Shown: positions 47,879 to 56,012 of the stretch, piece by piece
How the letters are laid out: each line of letters starts with the position of its first letter
Position numbering within the stretch: position 1 is the stretch's first letter
Origin: Bradymonadia bacterium
GTDB lineage: Bacteria; Myxococcota_A; Bradymonadia; UBA7976; UBA1532
Length of the DNA: 56,012 nt
NCBI GenBank assembly: GCA_046290225.1
Contig: JBKAGE010000061.1
Coordinates: 1 to 56,012, forward strand
Direction: 5' to 3'
Translations under genes and position numbers: made by a program
Notes under the pieces: model-generated
What the model was told of the DNA's origin: nothing
Database searches by the model: none
What the model saw: the letters and a program-made list of their open reading frames with translations, nothing else

Positions 47879-50305
47879 TCAGAATGAGTGCTTGAAGCCA
47901 CCCACCACCATCAACGGTCGGCCAGGGCGAGCGCCATAGGGCCGACGTGAGGCCACATAAGTCTGATCAGTGACATTGTTGGCCCGCAGATAGATGCGGC
48001 CTGCGGCGTACGGGCGGTAGTACGCCGCCACGTCGACGATCACGCGGCCCTCGATCTTGAGCACGTCCTCGCTCTCCGAGGTGCCCGACTCGTCGAGGGC
48101 CTCCGAGGTGAAGTGGGCCAGGGTGTTCACCCCCCAAACGTCGTGCATCAGACCCAGCGACAACTGACCCTGGTGGATCGGCAGATAGGGCAGTCGATCG
48201 CCTTCTTCGACATCGCCGAAGAGCGGATCTCGCGAGGCGAAGCTGTTCTTGAACTCCGACATCGTGAGCGTATAGGTCAGGCTCGTGTCGAAGGTGTAGC
48301 CTCCGCCGAGCTTGAAGGCCTTCGCCAGCACCGCCTCGAGGCCATAGATGTCCACGGCGCCGCCGCTGAACTGCTCCTGGTTGTTGTCGCAGCCCGCCGA
48401 GATGGTGCAGTTGGCGATGATGTTGCTGTAATCGCTGAAGAAGCCGATGAGCTCACCGCGACCCCCCTCGAAGCTGAAGCGGGTACCCGCCTCGTAGTTG
48501 ATCGCCTCTTCGGCCCCCACGTTGGGGTCCGAGCCTGGTGATTTGGCGCTGAAGCCCTTGTGCACCCCGGCGAGCAGGCCGAAGTGGTCGGTGGCCTGCC
48601 AGAAGAGCCCCATGCCCGGCAGGAACACCGAGTAGTCGTCGGTGACGGTGTCGCCGCTGAGATCGTCCTCGAAGGTGTTGCTGATCACCTCGAGGCGGGC
48701 CCCGGGGGTCAGGAAGATCGACTCGCCCACGGTGATCTTGTCGAGGGCGTGCACCGCCAGGGCGTTGGTGCTGCCGGTGTTCGTGGTGGTGGTGATGGTC
48801 TGAGCGCTGGCGTCGGCCACGAGGCGGCCGCTCTGCATCAAGAACCGGTCTTCGGTGTGATTGCGGTTGATCTCGTCGGTGTGCAGCCGCACCCCGAAGC
48901 TGAGCTTCTGGGAGAACCACTGGCTGCCGCCGATGGACCAGTCGCCGTTGAGCTGTACGCCTTGAGAGATGAAGTCGCGATCATTGGTGCCCACGAAGAG
49001 GGCGTCGCCGATGCCCGTGGAGTCCTGGGCGCCGGTGAGCACCTCGTAGAGCACGGCGTTTTGCCCTCCGTTGGGATTGTTGATCAAGTCCCGCAGCGAT
49101 GAGCCGCTCTCCATGCGGTTGAGCTTGGTCCAGGCTCGGGTGAAGTCGTGACGGTATCCGGTGATGCGCAGATCGAAGTCCTCACCGATGAGCAGACGAT
49201 AGCTGGCCTGAATTTGCGTGCGGCGCCAGTCCATCAGGCCCTCTGCAGAGGCGGCGTAGCGGCGCAGAGGGTTGGCGTCGAAGTCGGCGTCGGTGAGGCC
49301 GAGGTAGGTCTCGTTCGACAACTCGTCGGCGTAGCCCAGCTTGAGATCGAAGCGGTGGAAGATCTCACCGGGGCTGCTGTTGAGACGCAGCTTGAGCATG
49401 GCCTCGTTCTTTTCGAAGCCTGTGTCACCGCCGCCATCCAGCTCTTTGAAGCCATCGCTGCGCAGGTGCACCCCCTCGACGAGCACGCCCCAGTGCTTGT
49501 CGCCGTAGCCGTACCAGCCGTGGGCCTTGCCAGTGAGGTACTGACCGCCGCTGACGTCGATTTGCCCGCGGTGCTGCGCGGACTGCACCCCCGTCTCGGG
49601 ATCCCGCTTCACCCCGGGGATCGCCCGTGTGACCAGGTTGATGGCGCCTGCGATGGTCTGAGGGCCGTGCTGCACCGCTGCAGGGCCCTTGAAGACCTCG
49701 ATCTGCACCATGCGGGTCATCATGGGGAAGTAGTACGCCGCCGGAGCAGAGTACGGCGCGGGCCCGAAGAGTACTCCGTCCTCAAGCAGCGTGATCTTGG
49801 CGCTGCGCTCGGGACTCACCCCCCGCAAGCCGATGTTGGGCCGAAGCCCGAAGCCGTCTTCGTCGCGGACCGAGGTGCCGGGCACCACGGTGAGGGCCCG
49901 GTGGATGTCGTCGAACTCGAAGGTCTCGAGGAACTCTTTGTCCACGGTGTGGGCCGAGCCGCCCATCTTCGCCAGCTCGTCCCGATCGCCGATGATGGTC
50001 ATGCCATCACCATCACCTTCAGCTTCGAGATCGACCTCTTCACCCTCTTCGTCATCGTCTGTGTCGAGGAGGATCACCTCGTCTTCACCGTCATCGCTCG
50101 AGGGCTCTGCAGGGACTTCTGCAAGGGGCTGGGCCTCAGCAGGTGTCTCTGTCGGTGTTTCAACAGGCGTCTTGGTGTCGTCGGAGGTAGGCGTCTCGTC
50201 AGCCACTGGGGGCGCGGCATCACCGGCAGGGGCCTGGGCGTGTGCAACGCCGCCGAGGGCGCAGAGAGCGAAGTGGGCCACGAGGGTGTGGGTGGTGAGC
50301 TTCAT
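47879..50305 (-). CDS. TonB-dependent receptor (FecA-like)
   Basis: Signal peptide, plug EDGFGLRPNIGLRG...KGP...GAIN and terminal Phe; ATGA overlap with the HTTM gene. Confidence 0.93.
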   Translation of the reverse strand: MKLTTHTLVAHFALCALGGVAHAQAPAGDAAPPVADETPTSDDTKTPVETPTETPAEAQPLAEVPAEPSSDDGEDEVILLDTDDDEEGEEVDLEAEGDGDGMTIIGDRDELAKMGGSAHTVDKEFLETFEFDDIHRALTVVPGTSVRDEDGFGLRPNIGLRGVSPERSAKITLLEDGVLFGPAPYSAPAAYYFPMMTRMVQIEVFKGPAAVQHGPQTIAGAINLVTRAIPGVKRDPETGVQSAQHRGQIDVSGGQYLTGKAHGWYGYGDKHWGVLVEGVHLRSDGFKELDGGGDTGFEKNEAMLKLRLNSSPGEIFHRFDLKLGYADELSNETYLGLTDADFDANPLRRYAASAEGLMDWRRTQIQASYRLLIGEDFDLRITGYRHDFTRAWTKLNRMESGSSLRDLINNPNGGQNAVLYEVLTGAQDSTGIGDALFVGTNDRDFISQGVQLNGDWSIGGSQWFSQKLSFGVRLHTDEINRNHTEDRFLMQSGRLVADASAQTITTTTNTGSTNALAVHALDKITVGESIFLTPGARLEVISNTFEDDLSGDTVTDDYSVFLPGMGLFWQATDHFGLLAGVHKGFSAKSPGSDPNVGAEEAINYEAGTRFSFEGGRGELIGFFSDYSNIIANCTISAGCDNNQEQFSGGAVDIYGLEAVLAKAFKLGGGYTFDTSLTYTLTMSEFKNSFASRDPLFGDVEEGDRLPYLPIHQGQLSLGLMHDVWGVNTLAHFTSEALDESGTSESEDVLKIEGRVIVDVAAYYRPYAAGRIYLRANNVTDQTYVASRRPYGARPGRPLMVVGGFKHSF

Positions 50306-51699
50306 CGGATACTCGATCGACGTGAGAGGGTGCTGGCCGGCAGAGGAGCCCCGTCGGGGTGGGGGGTGATCCACGCCGGGGGCCAGGTGTCGGGCAGGCG
50401 GATCAAATCAACATCAGGGTTCATCAACAACGCTGGGGGGCGGCCATTGAGAGAGACCCACGCCTCCGCGCGGACTTCGGTTTCGCCGAGGCCCCGCTTC
50501 AGGCAGTCGTCGTGGATATGGTGGGCGAGCTGGATGATGAGATCGGGTTGCCCCGACATCTCGGAAACCTGTCGCCACTCGAGATAGCGTTTTGGATCGA
50601 TCTGGAACACGCGCCCGGTGGATGTCTGGGTCACGTGATAGGTCACGCTGCCGTGCTTTTCCCGGATCATCACCCGCCACGAGAACCGCATGCCCAGCTC
50701 GTCCCACAAGACATGCCCGGGGTAGAGGTTGCTGCGCAGAGGCCACAGCGCCTGGAAGCCACACCATATACACAGGGGGATCATCCAGGCTGGCTTGAGG
50801 CCGAATCGGGTCGTTGGCTCAGGGCGGGCCTTCAGGGCTGGGCGCCAGCGGCCCAGCAGGCTTCTGGGCCAGCTGAAGGGGAAGAAGATCAGGGTGCTCG
50901 TCACCATGAGGGTCGGGAACATGCCGATGTCGAAGAGGGCCTGTGTCATGCCGTGGAACACCAGCACGCCCACATAGGCGAAGCGACGGGTTCTGCGCCA
51001 CGACATCCACAGGGGGATCGTCATGTCGTACAGGCAACCCGCCCAACTCATCAGCACTGGCGCCCAGGGCTGCGTGATCAGACCGCCGATGATGGGCAGG
51101 TCGGCCCGAGAGGCCATCCAGATGCCCATGGGCTGACCGTGCGTCAGCCAGTCTTCTCCCACCTTGGCCAGGCCTGCGTGCACATAGACCACCGAGAGCT
51201 GAAACCGGATGAGGTACACCGTCCAGGCGGGCACCTCGCCGGACCAGGGCTGCCCTCGACGACGACGTCGCCACGCGTCGACGGACCACAGATGGTGGGC
51301 AGGTAGAAAGACCAGGTATCCGCTCAACAGCACCACCAGATAGTAGTGGTTGAGGTAGTTGGTCACGTCCATGAGCTGCAACAGGGTGAAGCCCGCCCAG
51401 AACAGCACTGTGGTCACGCGATAGAACACCCCGAGGGCGATGCACACGGCCAGCGCCGACAGCGTGATCATCAACTCATAGAGCACCGGAGGCTCGAAGA
51501 CCGGCACCCACTCAAACCCCGAGAACTTGAAGAAGAAGCGGGGCTGAACGAGCACCTCGTCCACCCACCCTGAAAGGGTATAGCGCACCATGGCGAAGGC
51601 CATGGCCAGGCCGAAGATGATGCGGAAGGCGGCGAGGGAGGCCCCATCAACCGGGCGGGAGAGGCGGGCGAGAAGGCCGTCGCCTCGGTGGGTGCTCAT
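50302..51699 (-). CDS. HTTM domain / vitamin K-dependent gamma-carboxylase-like membrane protein
   Basis: LAAFRIIFG, YLNHYYL, AGLAK..DW, FDIGMFP and RFSWRVM motifs. Confidence 0.9.
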   Translation of the reverse strand: MSTHRGDGLLARLSRPVDGASLAAFRIIFGLAMAFAMVRYTLSGWVDEVLVQPRFFFKFSGFEWVPVFEPPVLYELMITLSALAVCIALGVFYRVTTVLFWAGFTLLQLMDVTNYLNHYYLVVLLSGYLVFLPAHHLWSVDAWRRRRRGQPWSGEVPAWTVYLIRFQLSVVYVHAGLAKVGEDWLTHGQPMGIWMASRADLPIIGGLITQPWAPVLMSWAGCLYDMTIPLWMSWRRTRRFAYVGVLVFHGMTQALFDIGMFPTLMVTSTLIFFPFSWPRSLLGRWRPALKARPEPTTRFGLKPAWMIPLCIWCGFQALWPLRSNLYPGHVLWDELGMRFSWRVMIREKHGSVTYHVTQTSTGRVFQIDPKRYLEWRQVSEMSGQPDLIIQLAHHIHDDCLKRGLGETEVRAEAWVSLNGRPPALLMNPDVDLIRLPDTWPPAWITPHPDGAPLPASTLSRRSSIR

Positions 51700-51712
51700 C
51701 AGTCAGATCCGA

Positions 51713-52936
51713 TCAGTCATTATCCGACGCCCCTTCCTGGGGCACACTCAGGTTGAGCACGGTGACGAACTGGCTCTTGAGCAGATCGGTGAGCGCTTTG
51801 ATGTCATTGTGGGCGTTGCGTACGTCTTCGATGCGATCTGCCATGAGCGGCATGAGATCGACACCGAGGCCGTCAAAGGTCGTGCGCGCGCCATCCGTGG
51901 CCCCCTTCATCTGAGCGAGCAGATCACCTGCACCGGCTTCAGTGAGCAGGTCATCGAAGCCCAGGCCATCACCGCCGGTGAGCAGTAGCTCGAAGCCTTC
52001 GATGTTGTGGATGATGTTGGCGCTGGCCCGCATGGCCCATTGTGACTCGAGGCGATCAGGGCAGCTCTCGGCCATGCAGTCGATGCTCAGGCCCGCGGGG
52101 GTGGCGAGCTTGGCATCCTTGACCTGCTTGTCGATGTAGAACATCGCCGCAAAGAGCTCATTGAGCGCATCCTGGGCGTCGGCATATGGGGAGTCGCCGG
52201 TACCAGGGTTGGAGAACGCAGCGATGAAGTTCCCGCCTTCAGGGGACCACGCGTCCACCAGGGTCTGGGCGCGGTTGACCAGCCACTTCGAGGCCGCAGC
52301 AGCGTACGCCGCCCGACGGGCCTTCACCCCGGCTTCACCGAGAGCTGCCCAGCCACCTTCACTGTTGATGGGCACTGGCGCAGGGCAGGCGTTCTCGGTG
52401 TCGGCCCTGAACAGCACGTATTCGATGGCGTCGAGGCCGTAGACGTTGATGAGGGCGCCTTCAAAGAAGCCCTCACCCGCGAACTCATTGTCGACCAGCT
52501 CTTGATCGACCCGGCAAGGGTTGGTGGTGGGCCAGCTGTAGATCTCGTCTCGCAGGTTCAGGCCTCCGGCGCGTACGCCGTCAGCACCTGCAGGCCCCAC
52601 GGAAAACAGCTCTGCTCTCTGCCAGACGTCCATGGCGTCGTTGAAGGCCAACTGGGCAGCTTCGAGGGCCGCCGCGTCGTCACCTCCAGCGGCCTCGAGC
52701 GCTTCGGTGGCCTCGGCGAGAGCCTGCGCCTTCTCGAGGAACTCAGTGTACGTGGGCACGATGACGTTGGCCCCGATGTCGGCGAGCATCGCCTGACGCG
52801 CGAGTCCGTCGGTGCCACCGGCAGATCCACCTTCCCCGCCGTTCCCCGATGTGTCGTCGTCACAGCCGAGAACGGGCAGTGTGACGAGGGCGGCACCGAC
52901 GAGGATCTGAGCGGCGATGGAGATGAATCTGGCCAT
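51713..52936 (-). CDS. Imelysin family (peptidase M75-like) lipoprotein
   Basis: Lipobox VLGC, IYSWP, GLDAIEYVLF and terminal DND. Confidence 0.88.
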   Translation of the reverse strand: MARFISIAAQILVGAALVTLPVLGCDDDTSGNGGEGGSAGGTDGLARQAMLADIGANVIVPTYTEFLEKAQALAEATEALEAAGGDDAAALEAAQLAFNDAMDVWQRAELFSVGPAGADGVRAGGLNLRDEIYSWPTTNPCRVDQELVDNEFAGEGFFEGALINVYGLDAIEYVLFRADTENACPAPVPINSEGGWAALGEAGVKARRAAYAAAASKWLVNRAQTLVDAWSPEGGNFIAAFSNPGTGDSPYADAQDALNELFAAMFYIDKQVKDAKLATPAGLSIDCMAESCPDRLESQWAMRASANIIHNIEGFELLLTGGDGLGFDDLLTEAGAGDLLAQMKGATDGARTTFDGLGVDLMPLMADRIEDVRNAHNDIKALTDLLKSQFVTVLNLSVPQEGASDND

Positions 52937-52972
52937 GGGGAACCTCCTGATGTGGGATCAGGTGGCGGTTGT

Positions 52973-53020
52973 ACTGAAATTTGTTTTCAAGTTCAAACAC
53001 AATTGAAAACGGATTTCAAA
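52973..53020. promoter_or_regulatory. Two Fur-like boxes upstream of the imelysin-HTTM-TBDR operon
   Basis: TGAAA-N5-TTTCA at 52975-52989 and 53004-53018 in an AT-rich region. Confidence 0.7.
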
Positions 53021-53045
53021 CGCAAATATTAGGGATAAGTGATTT

Positions 53046-53738
53046 TTAGGGTTGGGTTGGAGGTCGCCAGCACACCATCAGGCCATCCTGGCGCTCGAGC
53101 TTCGCCACACACTCGGGGTTGTGTACGCCCTGAGTCGTGCAGTGCTCGATACAGGCAGGCTCCTTGAAGCGCGCGGCCTTCACGATGGCTTCACGGCCTT
53201 CGGCATCCATGGGCCAGCCCTGTTCCTCAATCCCCGTGGCAGTGTCGCGGCCAGAGACATCGGAGAGCCGGCGGCAGAGCTGCGTGCACTGATCCTTGCT
53301 GGGGCGCTCTGCCCCCTCACGCAGGGCCGACATCTTCAACATGAGCTCGTAGACGAAGCTCGAAGTGGATCCGCCCCAGAGCTCTTCCAGGGTTTTGGCT
53401 TCGGAGACATATTTGGGCACTGGCAGCGCCGGCTGGGCTTCAGTGATACGGATCATGGACCGGATGATGGAGAGCCGTCTGTCGGCGGCGCCGAAGCGGG
53501 GACCCCCAAGACGGTCTGCTCGACTGTTCACCAGCTGCTCAAGGTGCTTCTTGAGGCCTTCGATCTTGGCTCGAGCAGCCTCTCGAGCAGGGTTGGATGC
53601 CCGAGGCACTTCTGCCATGGGTACCTCTGCTTGCGGCACTTCTGCTCGAGGGACCTCGGCCTGTGTCGGCGCTGGGGGATCAGCCCATGCGCCCGGCACC
53701 CACAATACCATCAAGGCACTGATCATCATTTTGTTCAT
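53046..53738 (-). CDS. Secreted hypothetical protein
   Basis: Signal peptide ending AWA, AEVP repeats and C-terminal cysteines. Confidence 0.65.
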   Translation of the reverse strand: MNKMMISALMVLWVPGAWADPPAPTQAEVPRAEVPQAEVPMAEVPRASNPAREAARAKIEGLKKHLEQLVNSRADRLGGPRFGAADRRLSIIRSMIRITEAQPALPVPKYVSEAKTLEELWGGSTSSFVYELMLKMSALREGAERPSKDQCTQLCRRLSDVSGRDTATGIEEQGWPMDAEGREAIVKAARFKEPACIEHCTTQGVHNPECVAKLERQDGLMVCWRPPTQP

Positions 53739-54172
53739 CGGTCGACTCCATGCTCGTGGGCTCAGACATGAGTGGGCCCAGACGCCGACGGATCTTCCAC
53801 GATTCATGGTGGGGCACAATCCACTCCTCGTCCGCAGTGGTTGTGAGTGTTGAGTCACGACTCAACCTGAACCCATCGCATGATGACTGGCCAGTCATCT
53901 TATGGCATTGCCTTCCATTTTGATTCAGCTATCTAGATGTGACGTTTTGTGTGTCACGCATGTCTCGTTGAGGTGCTGAGACGAGACGGTTTGGTGCAAT
54001 AAGTAGAAAGGTTTGTGTGTATGTTGTTGAAATTAAAGACAATGTTTGGTGTGTGAAAAATAGGTGTTTTTGACACATGTAGGTGAGGTGTATCCTGAGC
54101 ATCCGTATTTTTACCTGGAAGATGATGTGTGAAAAACACACGTCATCCATCGGGACCTCGGAGGGAAATCTC

Positions 54173-56012
54173 ATGAAGCAGGATCGTAGGGCTTCGGGGA
54201 TGCGCAAGGCATTGACGATGGGTGCGACGGCGGCAGCAGTGATGCTGGCCGCGAACGTCGCATCGGCCTTGACCGTCATCCCCGTGCCGCAGAACCCGCA
54301 GGACACGACCGTACCGCACGCTGCCTACAACGGCTCGGCGACGACGTTCAAAGCCATCGTGCGCAATGGTACACCAAACTATACGGTGTCATTCGATTAC
54401 ACCGGTGATGGTGTATACGACCATTCGTACTCGACCAGCAATTCATATGTGCTGGAGGCGACTTACACTTACCCCAATGTGGCTGTTGATACACTCTACA
54501 TTGCCGGTATTCGGGTTCAAGACGGCGCAGGTAATACTGCATTTGGTTCGTACCCGGTGCTCATCAGCGCTGACGTACCCGCCATTGCCAATGCAAACAA
54601 TGCCACTGAAGATCAGCTCAATGTCATGCGCTCTCGTGCTATTGATAATGGTCTTTGGTACCTCCACAAGGGTATGTCGAACCGTGGGGGGTCCAATAAC
54701 ACGATGAGCGGTTACATCAGTTTCTCTGATGCCCGTCATAATATCTCTGCTTCGGCTGCTTACATCTGGGCTCTGACCCTCAATGGTCACATTTGTGCAT
54801 ACCAGCCTGGAACCATCAACGGCCCAATTACGGCTGATGAGACGTTCCAGAACAACCAGATGTGGAACAACACGCCCTACGCCGAGGACTGCATCCGCAT
54901 CGTCAACTGGATGCTCAGCCAGATGAGCACATTCAACGTCAGTGCGACCGATGAGGGCGATGATGGCAACCCTGCCATTGCCGGCACCAATGATGGCATT
55001 GGCTATGACTTCTACAACAACATGTACTCTGATGGTCACGCCATCGCCGGCCTGGCTGTTGCCACTGCTCCTCTTGGCGACACTGTTGCTCAGACCGGTA
55101 TCGCCTCTGGTAACACCTGGCCTTTCATCGCCCAGCAGATGATCGATTTCCTGGTCTACGCCCAGAACGATGGTAGCAACAACGCCAATGGTATGGGCGG
55201 TTACCTTTACACCGCTCAGACCAGTAACCCTGGTGCTGGTGGTGCAGACAGCTCCACGTTCCAGTGGGCCATCATTGGTGTCGAGTCTGCCTACCGCGCC
55301 ATGGTGGATCGCGGTGTGTACGTGAACAACTTCTTCCGGGGACGCCTCGCCAACAACATCCGGTTTGCTCAGGGTGGAAATGGCGGTGTGGGTTATCGGA
55401 ACAGCAGTGGCGTACCCAACGCCACCAGCCATCCCAGCACTTTCGGCGGCATCAAGCTGACTGCGGGCATGATCGTCGCTTCGGGCCTGCTGGGCTGGAA
55501 CGACACGAGCGAGTTCAACTGTGACGGGTCGAACGGGGTGAATATCAACGAGCAGCCCTACTCCCCTTACGCCAACATTACTCGCTGTAACGCCCGCACC
55601 ATCTTCGACAACTACGTCAACTACATGGTGACTGGCTGGAACTACCACTGGTCGAGCCTGAACTACAACAGCAGCACCGAGAGCAACATCTACATGTACA
55701 ACATCTACAGCACGCAGAAGGGCGCCCGCTCCAACGTGCCGGAGATCGAGTCATTTGGTGGTCGCGATTGGTTCCGTGAGTTCTCGGTGTCTCTGGTGCG
55801 TACGCAGCGCTCCGGCGGTGGCTGGTACGGTTTTGGTCCTTACAGCGGCACGAGCCACCTGAACAGCTACCTCGGCGCTGGCTACGGCGTACTGGTGCTG
55901 ACCCAGACGCTGTTCAACCCCCGTCCTGAGGCTGTTGCTTCTGTGGCACCTTCGACCGTCATCGAGGGTTGCTCCGGTGGTGGCGCTGGTCAGGTCACTC
56001 TGGACCACAGTG
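54173..56012 (+). CDS. Large secreted protein with PKD-like and prenyltransferase/squalene-cyclase-like repeat regions, partial
   Basis: Absent from the ORF track (open to window end). GGAGGG RBS; MKQDRRASG...ASA signal, FDYTGDG, AIDNGLWYLH, YAQN..GG, DSSTFQWA and TQRSGGGW motifs. Confidence 0.8.
   Translation, partial: MKQDRRASGMRKALTMGATAAAVMLAANVASALTVIPVPQNPQDTTVPHAAYNGSATTFKAIVRNGTPNYTVSFDYTGDGVYDHSYSTSNSYVLEATYTYPNVAVDTLYIAGIRVQDGAGNTAFGSYPVLISADVPAIANANNATEDQLNVMRSRAIDNGLWYLHKGMSNRGGSNNTMSGYISFSDARHNISASAAYIWALTLNGHICAYQPGTINGPITADETFQNNQMWNNTPYAEDCIRIVNWMLSQMSTFNVSATDEGDDGNPAIAGTNDGIGYDFYNNMYSDGHAIAGLAVATAPLGDTVAQTGIASGNTWPFIAQQMIDFLVYAQNDGSNNANGMGGYLYTAQTSNPGAGGADSSTFQWAIIGVESAYRAMVDRGVYVNNFFRGRLANNIRFAQGGNGGVGYRNSSGVPNATSHPSTFGGIKLTAGMIVASGLLGWNDTSEFNCDGSNGVNINEQPYSPYANITRCNARTIFDNYVNYMVTGWNYHWSSLNYNSSTESNIYMYNIYSTQKGARSNVPEIESFGGRDWFREFSVSLVRTQRSGGGWYGFGPYSGTSHLNSYLGAGYGVLVLTQTLFNPRPEAVASVAPSTVIEGCSGGGAGQVTLDHS

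Noticed and set aside
54059..54079. Fifth NrtR-like site (AAT-AGGT-N7-ACAC-ATG)
   Set aside because: Poor flanks, the downstream gene is unrelated to NAD metabolism, and it is better explained by the local TGTGT(G/C)AAAAA dyad.

Overview
High-GC bacterial chromosomal window. The gene content (Cys-rich secreted proteins, PilT, RCC1/TSP3 surface protein, YhhN) suggests a Myxococcota/Deltaproteobacteria-type organism; this is inference. About 38 CDS are supported: housekeeping and metabolic genes, an iron-uptake operon with Fur-like boxes (imelysin-HTTM-TonB receptor) and several orphan secreted proteins. Main signals: (1) a domain-1-less RF1-like release factor (24836-25535, minus strand) whose frame switches exactly at CTT-TGA-C, the prfB/RF2 +1 programmed frameshift motif; (2) four 21-bp GTGT-N7-ACA(C/A) NrtR-type operators in front of two ADP-ribosylglycohydrolases and a nicotinamidase-vWA-kinase operon, bracketing a co-directional 9.4-kb cluster that contains this release factor; (3) three large palindromic GTAG/REP-like intergenic elements (8.0, 16.9 and 31.8 kb) with a homologous core. 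No rRNA, tRNA, CRISPR-Cas or transposase was recognised. All calls come from reading motifs by eye; no database searches were run.
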